A stretch of DNA of 64,000 nt, taken from the NCBI GenBank assembly GCA_028715985.1, contig JAQUQR010000001.1, forward strand, positions 267,905-331,904, read 5' to 3'. The notes under the pieces were generated by a model, which ran no database searches, was not told the DNA's origin, and was given only the letters and a program-made list of their open reading frames with translations. Position numbers and translations under genes: made by a program. Below, piece after piece: positions 32,651 through 42,980 of the stretch. Source of the DNA: Methanocellales archaeon (lineage in GTDB: Archaea > Halobacteriota > UBA148). Each line of letters starts with the position of its first letter. Positions within the stretch are counted from its first letter, which is position 1.

Positions 32651-32983
32651 CTACTCTATAGACATCAAGGGATAGTCCAGCTTCTCATCATATCTCATAA
32701 TTCCCGCGACCTTGGCAGAGCCATATTGCACCTCTATGTGCACGTCCAGCATCCTGCCCTCCAGCTCGCAATAGCCGAATTTATTCAGCTTTTCCTGGAC
32801 CCTGTCGCGGTCTATCAAGACCTTTGCGCTTAACACGTATGGCTGAGCTGAGACGCTCTTCTCGATGGCGCGCTCTAAGCTGTCCAGCGTCTCCATGTTG
32901 AGGGGTGCGCCCGTATACTGGTGATACAGCGCCCCCAGCTTGATGCCAAGCTCGAATAACGCGCGCTCTCTATCCGATCGCAT
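32651..32983 (-). CDS. mptD: archaeal dihydroneopterin aldolase (DUF381)
   Basis: FELGIKLGALYHQYTG, QPYV, YPLM. Confidence 0.85.
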   Translation of the reverse strand: MRSDRERALFELGIKLGALYHQYTGAPLNMETLDSLERAIEKSVSAQPYVLSAKVLIDRDRVQEKLNKFGYCELEGRMLDVHIEVQYGSAKVAGIMRYDEKLDYPLMSIE

Positions 32984-33632
32984 ATTTCACCTTCCACACT
33001 AACGGGCTTAATATGTAGCCCGTGACCATCATGAGGGGGATCAGGTTAATAAAGTGCACATTTTGGACGGAGTATATGATGATGCTGAAGATGAGTACAA
33101 TGCCAACGGGCATCAGAATTTTTCTATCCTGAATTTTTGGATAGCTGATGCTGCTTACCATTAATGCTGAGAGAATCAGGTAGGAACCTGCCAATATCCG
33201 TGGATCTGCTTGGATGGTGATGAGCAGTGCCATACAGATTCCACTTGCGGTGATGGGTAACCCAACGAACTCCTTGCTTTTTGAACTTATGTTGAATCTC
33301 GCCAATCTCAGCATTCCACATGTCAGATAGGCTGCCGTAAAACCCGATGCAATATAGGGGTTTATCTCATTGATAAGCATGTAACCTGCTATAGCAGGCA
33401 CGATGCCAAAAGATACGAAATCCGCAAAAGAGTCCAGGTTCACGCCGAAAACTCCGTTCTCTATGTTTCTTGCGATGAATCCATCTAAGCCATCTACAAG
33501 TGCTGCAACCAGGATTAATACAGAAGCGCTTCTAATCTCTCCCCTTGCCACCATCAAAAGGGCGACGAATCCGAGTAGCGCATTCACGATCGTCACCAAA
33601 TCCGGTAACTTGATTAGCTTAAGAATGTTCAT
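32970..33632 (-). CDS. pssA: archaetidylserine synthase
   Basis: CDP-alcohol motif DGLDGFIAR...G..LDSFAD; RLARFN. Confidence 0.9.
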   Translation of the reverse strand: MNILKLIKLPDLVTIVNALLGFVALLMVARGEIRSASVLILVAALVDGLDGFIARNIENGVFGVNLDSFADFVSFGIVPAIAGYMLINEINPYIASGFTAAYLTCGMLRLARFNISSKSKEFVGLPITASGICMALLITIQADPRILAGSYLILSALMVSSISYPKIQDRKILMPVGIVLIFSIIIYSVQNVHFINLIPLMMVTGYILSPLVWKVKYAIG

Positions 33633-33633
33633 T

Positions 33634-34221
33634 TCATTTATCTCTCCCTCGCCTCGCTATCACCGTCTCTCCTGCTTTGACCCTGTCACCGGGTTTTACG
33701 GTGAGTTCATACTCAGGTGGGATGGTCACTTCCACTCTGGATCCCAATAATATCGCTCCAAGCCTTTGCCCCGCCTCCACTTTATCCCCTTCCTTCACAT
33801 AGCAAACAATTCTCCTCGCCAGGATGCCTGCGATTTGAATTACGCTGACATCACCCTGCATCGTCTCGATCGTGATATGATTTTGCTCATTTTGATTCGT
33901 ATTTAGGAACGCAGGCCTGTGCATTCCTTTCAAATATTTGATCTCTTTGATGATGCCCGGCAAAGGGGCTCTGTTGACATGCACATCGCGAAGCCTCATA
34001 AATATGGTCACTTTGCTCCCAGCATGCATGACCACTCCATCAGCTGGAGATATGAAGCCCGATCCCTTTGGTGTTCGGTTCGGATCCCTGAAGAACAGCA
34101 TAAAAAAAATTACCAACGCAGCTCCAAGGATTGCGATCGGATACGTCTTAAGCAATATGGCGCCCATGGTTAACACCAGCGGAATCGCTATCCAACCCGC
34201 AGAGCCCTTGAACATCACCAT
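33634..34221 (-). CDS. psd: archaetidylserine decarboxylase
   Basis: FFRDP, SPADG, HVNRAP, GSRV cleavage site. Confidence 0.9.
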   Translation of the reverse strand: MVMFKGSAGWIAIPLVLTMGAILLKTYPIAILGAALVIFFMLFFRDPNRTPKGSGFISPADGVVMHAGSKVTIFMRLRDVHVNRAPLPGIIKEIKYLKGMHRPAFLNTNQNEQNHITIETMQGDVSVIQIAGILARRIVCYVKEGDKVEAGQRLGAILLGSRVEVTIPPEYELTVKPGDRVKAGETVIARRGRDK

Positions 34222-34958
34222 CTCCTTAACATCCCTGTTAAATCTTCTATCATGTCTACAACTTCTGGCAAGATAAGAAAGACGATATAAGCTATCAGAA
34301 ATAGCGCAATCGTGGACCCCATCTTCGCGAGTCCATGGTGTGCTATGTAAAAACTATGCTCACCGAACCATTGGTATCCATAAGCTGCCATGATGAACAT
34401 GTTTCGGATTATGTTGAGGACGTATATCAATGGAACCGATGCCAGGAACGCCTTGAATCTTCGCATGGGGGGTGCGTCAACTGCAAAAGTAACCCCGGTA
34501 AACAGTGCCATGCTTTCGATTCCCGTGCAGGCAAGGATGATCTTGATTTTGTATTCATTCAGGAAGATGTAACTTCCCAGTTTTGTGGCGGGAGCACCCA
34601 ACAAATTCAATCCCCAGACAGTCTGGGAGGTTACAGTCTCTATCAGCAAATCCCCTAAAAAAGACATTTCAGCAAACGGAAAGTAAAGGAACCCGCCGAT
34701 CACCGCTGCGCAGGTTATCGTTAGCAGCGTGTCTGATTCAGGTGATCGGAGGTTTAAAAATACCATGCAAATGCAAAACAAGCTTACCAAAATCATCAGT
34801 ACCGCGTTAAAAAAGTCTGAATTTTCGAGATAATGGGGCGGTTGTAGAGCCCAATGCGCTGCAAAAAACATCCATCCTGAGGCACCGATAAGGTTTTTAT
34901 TTCTGGGTATGATTATTGCTACCAGAAACAATATAAGTGAGATCCAGAGAATTATCAT
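34215..34958 (-). CDS. artA: archaeosortase A
   Basis: IILACTGIES catalytic Cys, NIIRN, FYIAH; linked to pssA/psd. Confidence 0.9.
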   Translation of the reverse strand: MIILWISLILFLVAIIIPRNKNLIGASGWMFFAAHWALQPPHYLENSDFFNAVLMILVSLFCICMVFLNLRSPESDTLLTITCAAVIGGFLYFPFAEMSFLGDLLIETVTSQTVWGLNLLGAPATKLGSYIFLNEYKIKIILACTGIESMALFTGVTFAVDAPPMRRFKAFLASVPLIYVLNIIRNMFIMAAYGYQWFGEHSFYIAHHGLAKMGSTIALFLIAYIVFLILPEVVDMIEDLTGMLRRW

Positions 34959-35030
34959 GGTGCAACACCGTTATGAATCATGACCCCAATTATGATTTAG
35001 GCGTTTATAAAAGTTGATGAGAGAAGTAAA

Positions 35031-35441
35031 ATGATATATGATTTAACGGTCGATGCAATAATCCTATGTAATCACAAGATCGTTTTGATCAAAAGAAAAA
35101 ATCCGCCGTATGAAAATTATTACGCATTGCCAGGCGGCTTCGTTGAAAAAGGTGAGACAGTGGAGCAGGCTTTGATACGTGAAGCAAAGGAAGAAACTGG
35201 ACTCGATGTAGAGATTCTAAAACTTGTGGGCGTTTATTCCGATCCCAACAGAGACCCACGTGGTAGGGTGGTGTCTTTGTGCTATCTGACAAAGGGGATT
35301 GGTAAGCTCGCTTTCGGCTCGGATTCAATTGAAGCTGCACTGTTTGATATTTCTGAGTTGCCGGAGCTCGCTTTTGATCATGCAAAGATGATTGCTGATG
35401 CAAGGGAGTATATAGATGGATTTTTGTCCAAAGTGCGGTAG
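35031..35441 (+). CDS. NUDIX hydrolase
   Basis: PGGFVEKGETVEQALIREAKEETG; RDPRG; LAFDH. Confidence 0.92.
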   Translation: MIYDLTVDAIILCNHKIVLIKRKNPPYENYYALPGGFVEKGETVEQALIREAKEETGLDVEILKLVGVYSDPNRDPRGRVVSLCYLTKGIGKLAFGSDSIEAALFDISELPELAFDHAKMIADAREYIDGFLSKVR

Positions 35442-35718
35442 CATACTGCTTCCTTCTGCTGACATGTTGAAATGTCGAAAATGTGGGCATGTTCAGATAA
35501 AGGAAGGGGGATTTGTCTCAAGGGAGCGCAGACAGGAAAGAGAGATGACGATACTCGAAAAAAAGGAAACAGGTTTGCCCACCACAAATGTGCGTTGCCC
35601 GGAGTGTGGCAATGGTACTGCATATTGGTGGCTTCGCCAGCTGCGCTCTGCAGACGAGAGCGAGGTGCGATTCTTCAAGTGCACGAAATGCGAAAAGACG
35701 TGGAGAGAGTACAATTAG
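35416..35718 (+). CDS. tfs: transcription factor S
   Basis: two Zn ribbons; QLRSADE. Confidence 0.93.
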   Translation: MDFCPKCGSILLPSADMLKCRKCGHVQIKEGGFVSRERRQEREMTILEKKETGLPTTNVRCPECGNGTAYWWLRQLRSADESEVRFFKCTKCEKTWREYN

Positions 35719-35828
35719 TCGAACTTATTTTTCTTGAAATATCCTAAGTTCCATAAAGGATGAAACTTTTGTTTGTTATCAAAATGATTATAAGCTAAAA
35801 GTTGGTATCTTTAGGCGGGTGTGGAAAA

Positions 35829-36569
35829 ATGGTATTCAGAGCAGTTATAGATGCAGACATATTGAAAGACTCGATAGAGGCGATATCCGCTCTTGTGGAT
35901 GAAGCAAAGTTCAAGCTTGGTCCAGAGGGAATAAGTCTCACGGCAGTAGATCCAGCAAATGTTGCGATGGTATCTTTTGAGTTGGGCTCTAATGCGTTTG
36001 ATTCTTATGAGTCTACAGAGGGTGAGATCGGGTTAGACCTGATTAAGCTGGTCAATGTCTTAGGAATGGCTAAGAGTTCTGATAAGGTCGGGCTTGAACT
36101 AAATGAAAAGACGCACAAGTTGTCGATCTCGATGGGTGGACTTTCATACACGCTTTCACTTCTAGATCCCTCCTCCATCAGAAAGGAGCCGAAAGTACCC
36201 TCTCTCGATCTGCCGGTAAAGGCCACGTTAAATGGAAATGACTTGAGAAAAGCAGTCAAAGCGGCAGAGACGGTGAGCGATCATATAACTCTTGGGGTGG
36301 ACGGAGACGTCCTATTCATGGAAGCTAAGGGCGATACCGATCAAGTCAGGCTGGGGCTGACCAAGGATGAATTGATCGATCTGACTGCATCTGGTCCTGC
36401 CAGATCTTTGTTTTCGCTTGACTATCTAATTGATATGAGTAAATCCTTAAAAAAGGTAAATGAAATAACGATTCACCTGGGTAAGGATTACCCGATTAAG
36501 ATCAATTTCATGATCGCTAATGGAAATGGTAAGGTTGGATATTTGCTCGCTCCTAGGATAGAGTCTTAA
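35829..36569 (+). CDS. pcn: PCNA sliding clamp
   Basis: AVDPANVAMV, DYPI, LLAPRIE. Confidence 0.96.
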   Translation: MVFRAVIDADILKDSIEAISALVDEAKFKLGPEGISLTAVDPANVAMVSFELGSNAFDSYESTEGEIGLDLIKLVNVLGMAKSSDKVGLELNEKTHKLSISMGGLSYTLSLLDPSSIRKEPKVPSLDLPVKATLNGNDLRKAVKAAETVSDHITLGVDGDVLFMEAKGDTDQVRLGLTKDELIDLTASGPARSLFSLDYLIDMSKSLKKVNEITIHLGKDYPIKINFMIANGNGKVGYLLAPRIES

Positions 36570-36574
36570 TAATT

Positions 36575-37648
36575 ATGGATATAGACCTAAAATATGCTTA
36601 TTATCCCTTTACCTCTTGTGCTTCTGATTATGTGAAGCGTTCGGGCAAATCCATAGAAAGTTTGCTGGATGGCGAGTTTGGCAAGGCTGTCATTAACAGG
36701 GCTAAAGAGAGAGTTATCCAGGCCATCAGGGGCAGTATCAAAAATGCATTTGACGGGAAGAGCATTCCCATGGATGTAGACCTAGAAAAGGAGTTATTTT
36801 CATATCCTATTGCCCGAATTTTTGTGTCTTGTATTGGGGACCCCTATCTCATTAAACGCTATGCTTTGGCCGAGGCAGAGGCAGCGCATGTTCACATGAA
36901 AGCTGAAGAGCCAGAATTTCTGGAAAAACTTGCTAGGGAATTCAACATCCAATGTGTGCTCGGTAGGCACGATTTCCAAATCCATTTTGCGGATTATCTC
37001 AGGTTTGCGTCCAGGATGCATGATCTGGAGTGGAAGCTGGTGAATCGCCGCCTGGAGAATGGCTATGTGCCTGTAAACAAGAGGGATTTTGTTAGGCTGC
37101 TTCAGGAAGCTATACGTGATAGAATACAAAGCTCTCTTCCTCTAGATCTCCCACCTGCCTTGAAGAGTTCATTTTCACCCCATATAGCGGATATCAGCAG
37201 GCATTTCGAGGAATTAAAGGCAGAATTCCGCTCGGATGATTTTGGGGAGGTCGATTCGGAGTGTTTTCCTCCCTGTATTAAACATATGCTCGCTCTCGTA
37301 CAGGCTGGTCAGAATTTAGCTCATTCTGCGCGTTTCGCGCTAACATCCTTTCTGGCAAACATTGGGATGAGCGCTGAGGAAATAATCGATATCTATCGCG
37401 TTTCGCCTGATTTTGATGAGGGACAGACAAGTTATCAGGTAAAACACATCCTGGGATCCTCTGGAAAGGCCTACACTGCACCCAATTGTGCCACGATGGC
37501 CACCTATGGGAATTGTTTTGGAAAAGAACGAATTTGTGATTGGGTCTCACATCCTTTAAGCTTCTATCGGAAGAAGCTGGATTATGATGGCAAGGCTCGA
37601 CAAGAGGAAAGTGCGGGAGCTTCTGTTGAATCTACTATCGATGAGTAG
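36575..37648 (+). CDS. priL: DNA primase large subunit
   Basis: FPPCI, H.ARF, YQVKHI, Fe-S cysteines. Confidence 0.93.
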   Translation: MDIDLKYAYYPFTSCASDYVKRSGKSIESLLDGEFGKAVINRAKERVIQAIRGSIKNAFDGKSIPMDVDLEKELFSYPIARIFVSCIGDPYLIKRYALAEAEAAHVHMKAEEPEFLEKLAREFNIQCVLGRHDFQIHFADYLRFASRMHDLEWKLVNRRLENGYVPVNKRDFVRLLQEAIRDRIQSSLPLDLPPALKSSFSPHIADISRHFEELKAEFRSDDFGEVDSECFPPCIKHMLALVQAGQNLAHSARFALTSFLANIGMSAEEIIDIYRVSPDFDEGQTSYQVKHILGSSGKAYTAPNCATMATYGNCFGKERICDWVSHPLSFYRKKLDYDGKARQEESAGASVESTIDE

Positions 37649-37697
37649 TCTAAAATTTTCTATTACTTTTTCGATTGAGCCTCCATATAGGTCAAGG

Positions 37698-38120
37698 CTA
37701 AAGCCCCTCTCCAGGGCTGGTGGTCGTCAGTTTAACATGCTTCACACCCTTTAACGCCATCATCTTCTCCACGATATTCTTGACCTCTTGCGATTCACCC
37801 CTCACTAGTATGACTTCCAGACAATTTCTCTCATCCAAATGAACGTGAAGCGAAGATTCTATAAGGTTTGAATAGTCATGCTCTATGTCAGTAAGCTCGT
37901 CAACCAATCCTCTCTGGCTATGGTCAAAGATGAGTGTGATTGTTCCGACTCGATCCCCTTTTTGCTGGCTCATCCACTCATAGTCAACGATGTAGTTCCT
38001 TATCGCATCCCTGATGCCCTCTGATCGGGAAGAGTATCCTCTTAGCGATATAATTTCATCGAATCTACCCAGCAAATTGGCCGGGAGAGATACTCCAATT
38101 CTCATTAGGCCCTTCTTCAT
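37698..38120 (-). CDS. nikR: nickel-responsive regulator
   Basis: RIGVSL ribbon-helix-helix, [15 protein letters not shown]...CLEV. Confidence 0.95.
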   Translation of the reverse strand: MKKGLMRIGVSLPANLLGRFDEIISLRGYSSRSEGIRDAIRNYIVDYEWMSQQKGDRVGTITLIFDHSQRGLVDELTDIEHDYSNLIESSLHVHLDERNCLEVILVRGESQEVKNIVEKMMALKGVKHVKLTTTSPGEGL

Positions 38121-38409
38121 ATTATCATCTTTTTATCTTATATAGCTCGTAGCAATAAATAACACTTTCGAGGTACGATAACGTCATTTTTTGATGTTAA
38201 GATTGATGTTTCCTACCAACTAATTATCTCGATTCAAAAATAGGGGCACCTCTGTTTAAGCACTTTATTTTTTCAGAAGTGTTGTGATGGACTAAAATTT
38301 GGATAAAGGAGAAAACGTAAACCCTTACGGACAAATAAATGTTGACTGTTGGTATTTTGGATCTGTTTGGTAGTATTGGAGTTTGGGAATTTCTCAGAGA
38401 TACTCTGGA

Positions 38410-39219
38410 CTAATACTGAACGAGAGTTCCATCCACCTTCGCTTTTTTTACCGCATACGTAAATGCCAGTAAACCCAGCGGCACCAGCACAACTGTGAAT
38501 ACTGCCAACGCGATTATATCAGGAGCAAGAGCACGCAGCGAGTATCCTTGTAGAAGCGCATGTCTCATCCCGCTTAGCGAATATGTAATTGGCAAAAGAT
38601 GCGAGACAGTTTGCAGCCACTCTGGTAAAACTGTAATCGGAAAAAGCACGCCGCCAAAGAGTTCGGATGTGCTCATAAATAACATGTTTATCGGATCACC
38701 TCGTTTGAGTATCATAATGAAACTTGCAGAGATTATGCCAATGCTGCTGAAGCATATTATTGTCAGAATGAGAATAAGCATAGCAGCAAACAGATTTGCA
38801 TTACTCATGTCCACACCCAGCAAGAAGGCACCAATCAAAAGATATATCAGAACTCTAAGAGAAGTGAAGATAAAACTCCAGAGAGAAGATAAAGTTATTA
38901 TTGTTGAGGTATTAGTTGGGGTTACAAGCATTGCTTCTAATGTGCCCATCATCTGCTCACCTCTAATACTTTCTGAAAAACCCCTCAGCGCCGTCGTTAG
39001 ATATCCTGAAAAGGCTATGCCTATCAGCACGAAGGAGAAATAATCTCCACCGTATGGCTCAAGATATTGCAATCCCGTACCTCCTATTAGTTTGGCAATA
39101 AAATAGAAGGTCAAAATCGAAAAAAGCATGAAGAACAGTCGCAAGAAGAGCTCGAATTTATAACTCGTTTGAAGTACAAAGTCTCTTATTATAAAAGAAA
39201 ATGCTTTTTTGTGTATCAA
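38410..39219 (-). CDS. ABC-2 type permease
   Basis: EQMMGTLE, FPITVLP, LPITY. Confidence 0.88.
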   Translation of the reverse strand: MIHKKAFSFIIRDFVLQTSYKFELFLRLFFMLFSILTFYFIAKLIGGTGLQYLEPYGGDYFSFVLIGIAFSGYLTTALRGFSESIRGEQMMGTLEAMLVTPTNTSTIITLSSLWSFIFTSLRVLIYLLIGAFLLGVDMSNANLFAAMLILILTIICFSSIGIISASFIMILKRGDPINMLFMSTSELFGGVLFPITVLPEWLQTVSHLLPITYSLSGMRHALLQGYSLRALAPDIIALAVFTVVLVPLGLLAFTYAVKKAKVDGTLVQY

Positions 39220-40118
39220 AATCTTCTTATCCCCCCTATTCTTCCCCCATGCATCATCCCTCTTCTACCTTCACGCATCATCCTTTTACGTTCAGAGTAA
39301 GGGTGCATTGGTGTCCCCTCTTTTTTGAACTCCTTGCCTGTGTAATATAAAAACGCATCATCTAATGTGGGATTGGGTTTTTCCAACTCACTTTTCAGTT
39401 CTTCTGGACTTCCAATCACCTTTATTTCGCCTTCATCCATAATTGCAATTCTTTGGCATAATTGCTCTGCCTCGCCAAGGTGATGTGTCGATAGAAAAAC
39501 GGTTTTTCCCTGTTCCTTTACAATATGCTCTTTAATAAATCCTCTTAAATTTTGCGCCGCGCCGGGGTCCAAACCCTTGGTTGGCTCGTCCATAAACACA
39601 ACTTTCGGGTCGTTCAGCAACCCACGTGCAATAGCCATTCGTTGTTTCATTCCCGCGGAATAACTTAAAAACCTATCATCCGCTCTATTTTCTAAACCAA
39701 CAAGATTCAATAGTTCGTCTACCCTTTTTTGTGCATCATAAGAATAAAAGTTATGAAGAGAAGCGAAAAATTTCAGATTCTGCCGCCCGGTAAGTCTCCA
39801 GTAAAAACTTCGTTCATCGGTAGTGATAAAACCAGTAGATTCCCTGACCTTTCCACTCTCTTCCACCATGTTATATCCGTTTACGTATGCTGTTCCTTCT
39901 GTGGGTAAAATTAGTGTGCATAGCATCTTTATGAGCGTGGTCTTGCCCGCTCCGTTTGGTCCGAGAATACCAAACAATTCCCCTTTTCCAATCGTTATGT
40001 TCACCTTCTCTACTGCTGTTATCTCATCTTTTCTGAAGGGGTGTATGAGAACCTCGGTAAATCCTTTTTGCAATGCGAACTTCTTCGTTAGGTCATACGT
40101 TTCAATAGAATATTCTAA
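39216..40118 (-). CDS. ABC exporter ATP-binding protein (start codon uncertain: TTA at 40118 or TTG at 40073)
   Basis: GPNGAGKTT, YSAGM, DEP; upstream frame EYSIETYDLTKKF. Confidence 0.85.
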   Translation of the reverse strand, partial: LEYSIETYDLTKKFALQKGFTEVLIHPFRKDEITAVEKVNITIGKGELFGILGPNGAGKTTLIKMLCTLILPTEGTAYVNGYNMVEESGKVRESTGFITTDERSFYWRLTGRQNLKFFASLHNFYSYDAQKRVDELLNLVGLENRADDRFLSYSAGMKQRMAIARGLLNDPKVVFMDEPTKGLDPGAAQNLRGFIKEHIVKEQGKTVFLSTHHLGEAEQLCQRIAIMDEGEIKVIGSPEELKSELEKPNPTLDDAFLYYTGKEFKKEGTPMHPYSERKRMMREGRRGMMHGGRIGGIRRF

Positions 40119-40273
40119 TTACTTCATCCTCCTATTGTTTCAACATTTACAAATTGAATTTTAGGTACATACACATTATAAACCGTCTATCTCTTCTAAT
40201 AAGTTTGATATTTTATCTCAACAAATATTCTGTCCACAGCGGTTTATGATTTCTCCTAAGATTGATAACCTAA

Positions 40274-41095
40274 TCAGCCATACATCCGCTCCCTAACCAA
40301 ATGAGTCCTCCTTTTTTCCATCTTGATCTGTCTTAAAGGCATGACATAAGGTGTTTCGGATTGTGTTCTTACAGCAGCTTCAACGCCGTAAACCGAAGCT
40401 ATGTTCTCTGCGGTTAATACCGAAGAAGGATCACCAGCAGCAACAATTGTGCCTCTTTTCATCATTATTATTCTATCCGAGTACTTCGATGCGATGTTCA
40501 GATCATGAATTGCCATCAGAGCCGTAATCACCTTTTTCTTCACAAGACTTTTGATTACATGCATTACATCAAGTTGATGCCATATATCGAGATTGCTGGT
40601 GGGCTCATCTAAGAGCATAACCTTAGCTTCCTGAACAAGTGCGCGTGCGATGAGTACCTTCTGTTGTTGCCCACCGCTGAGTTCGTTGAAGCTATTCATT
40701 CCAAGCTCCTCAATCCCAAGTAATTTTAGTACTTCCCATACCTTCTCCTCGTCTTCCTCACTACTGAGCCACCCGAGATGTGGACGTCTACCCATGAGAA
40801 CGGTATCAAAGACATTATTGGGAAAGATGCGTAGTGAACCCTGTGGCACATAGGCCAGGTTCCTGGCGACATCCATCCGCTTCATCTTGGTTACATCATT
40901 TCTATCGATGAGAATGCTGCCTCTTTCAGGTGTCAATATCCTGTCTATGCATTTGATAAGCGTGGATTTGCCAGAACCATTTGGACCCACGATACTCACA
41001 AGTTTCGCTGGAGCTATCTCAAAACTCACGTTTTTGAGGACTGGCGAGCTATCGTAGCTAAACACAATATCCGTTGCTTGGAGCTTTATCATCAT
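40274..41095 (-). CDS. iron-chelate/cobalamin-type ABC ATPase (FecE-like)
   Basis: GPNGSGKST, LSGGQQQ, DEPT, HDLN. Confidence 0.92.
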   Translation of the reverse strand: MMIKLQATDIVFSYDSSPVLKNVSFEIAPAKLVSIVGPNGSGKSTLIKCIDRILTPERGSILIDRNDVTKMKRMDVARNLAYVPQGSLRIFPNNVFDTVLMGRRPHLGWLSSEEDEEKVWEVLKLLGIEELGMNSFNELSGGQQQKVLIARALVQEAKVMLLDEPTSNLDIWHQLDVMHVIKSLVKKKVITALMAIHDLNIASKYSDRIIMMKRGTIVAAGDPSSVLTAENIASVYGVEAAVRTQSETPYVMPLRQIKMEKRRTHLVRERMYG

Positions 41096-42192
41096 GCCCA
41101 GAACTCCCTCCTCCTTCCTTTCAGTATCAGATACATGAAGAACGGAACCCCGAGGATAGATGTCATGATCCCTGTGGGAATGATAGTAGGCGCTATGATA
41201 TTCATCGCTGTGGCATCGGCCAAAATAAGTACAAATGCGCCGAGAATACCCGATGCAGGAATCAGGAATCTGTGATCACCGCCGATAACCATGCGTGCCA
41301 TATGCGGAGCGACCAATCCTATGAACCCAATGGTTCCGGTAAAACACACAATAGTTGCTACTACCAAACTTGAGACCACCATGATGAACATCCTGATGTT
41401 GTTGGCATTTACACCAATGCTCTTTGCGGTCTCGTCTCCAACAGTCATGATGTTGAGGTCCCACGCCTTCATCATAAGAAGAGGAATGCAGATCACAAAC
41501 ACGGTAAGGATAAGCGGGAATTTGTTCCACGAGAACGCGGCGAGATCACCCATTCCCCAGCTTGTCATCAGTCGTAGTTGCTCGTCTGTGGCGAAATACT
41601 TGAACAATTGGCTCATCGCACTGAAGAAATAGTTCACGGCAATCCCGGCAAGTATCAGGGTCTCGGAGGTCGCTCCTTTAATGGCAGACAGTGCGATGAT
41701 AAAACCCGAACATAGCAAAGCGAATACGAAGGCGTTTCCTATAAGAAGATACGGTCCTCCGAAGACAGAAACGCCGATAACTGCCGCAAGAGCTATGCCA
41801 AATTGCGAACCCGCAGAAATTCCAAGCGTAAAAGGACTTGCCAATGGATTCTTTAGTACCGCCTGCATCACGCATCCACATATGCCAAAACCAAAGCCAG
41901 CCATGATGCCTCCTATGATGCGGGGGAATCTTATATTCCATATAACCTGTCCTGTAAGCTTCTCTACATTGAAATAATCGGGATAGAATCTATCAAGAAG
42001 TGCACAATATACCTCCACGACTGAGATATCCAGCGGTCCAAGCGTTATGACTATGCCAATTAAGAGTATAATCAAGAGTGAGATAGCGACCATAAAAAAG
42101 GTCTTTTTGAAAATAAACTTGTCGTATGCTTCTTGCACTGCGCTTCTTTTTCCTTTGCGCGTTACTCTGCGTCTTACTATTTTTGTTGCCAT
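41092..42192 (-). CDS. FecCD/BtuC-family permease
   Basis: RFPR, NPLASPFTLGIS, GFIGLVAPH. Confidence 0.92.
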   Translation of the reverse strand: MATKIVRRRVTRKGKRSAVQEAYDKFIFKKTFFMVAISLLIILLIGIVITLGPLDISVVEVYCALLDRFYPDYFNVEKLTGQVIWNIRFPRIIGGIMAGFGFGICGCVMQAVLKNPLASPFTLGISAGSQFGIALAAVIGVSVFGGPYLLIGNAFVFALLCSGFIIALSAIKGATSETLILAGIAVNYFFSAMSQLFKYFATDEQLRLMTSWGMGDLAAFSWNKFPLILTVFVICIPLLMMKAWDLNIMTVGDETAKSIGVNANNIRMFIMVVSSLVVATIVCFTGTIGFIGLVAPHMARMVIGGDHRFLIPASGILGAFVLILADATAMNIIAPTIIPTGIMTSILGVPFFMYLILKGRRREFWA

Positions 42193-42205
42193 TTCTTATT
42201 TTGTT

Positions 42206-42979
42206 CTATCGTTCAGTAAAAGCTTTGGTTAAACCAGCGGTTGCACCAATTTCTCCGGGTGCTACCGCTCCAGCGCCAGTTGAGATGACAATTAAATTCT
42301 TCTCCTTCGCTATCTCAGTGAGTGTCTGGAATTCCCTTAGCTTCAACGCAATGGGTCTTTTCTCGTATAAGGCTGCAGCTTCATTCATCCTCTCTGATGC
42401 TTGGAATTCAGCCTCGGCGAGGATTATTCTAGCTCTCTTCTCTCGTTCTGCCTCTGCCTGCCTTGCAATGGCTCTGAGCATGTTTTCAGGTAAAGCCACA
42501 TCCCTCATGGTGACCACAACGACCTGCATCCCCCAAGGGTCTGTTGCAGCGTCCAGAATTTCCTGGACTTTCTGATTGAGTTTATCCCTCTCGGAAAGGA
42601 TAGTATCAAGCTCGTTCTGACCCAAAACATCCCTGAGCGTTGTCTGGGCAAGGAGCGAAGTTGCAGCCTCATAATCTTCCACTTCCACTATCGCTTTACA
42701 TGAATCCCTAACCTTATAATAAATAACGGCATCCACATCAAGGCTAACATTGTCGCGACTTATGATGGTCTGCCTGGGCACGTCGAGTTCCCTTACCCGC
42801 AAGTCAACTTTCACAAGTCTGTCTACAAAAGGAATTATCACAAATATTCCTGGTCCTTTTTCGCCTAACAATTTCCCAAATCGAAAGATTACAGCCCGCT
42901 CGTATTGCCTTACAATTTTTACTGCTAACACTAGGATAGCGACCGCCACAAACGTTCCCACTAACAAAGATATGTTCAT
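42206..42979 (-). CDS. SPFH/stomatin (slipin) protein
   Basis: QYERAVIFRFG, AQTTLRDVLG, AEAEREKRA. Confidence 0.92.
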   Translation of the reverse strand: MNISLLVGTFVAVAILVLAVKIVRQYERAVIFRFGKLLGEKGPGIFVIIPFVDRLVKVDLRVRELDVPRQTIISRDNVSLDVDAVIYYKVRDSCKAIVEVEDYEAATSLLAQTTLRDVLGQNELDTILSERDKLNQKVQEILDAATDPWGMQVVVVTMRDVALPENMLRAIARQAEAEREKRARIILAEAEFQASERMNEAAALYEKRPIALKLREFQTLTEIAKEKNLIVISTGAGAVAPGEIGATAGLTKAFTER

Positions 42980-42980
42980 T

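Noticed and set aside
32651-34958. artA-psd-pssA clustering as a novel system
   Set aside because: The link between PssA/PssD and ArtA-dependent lipid anchoring is already established.
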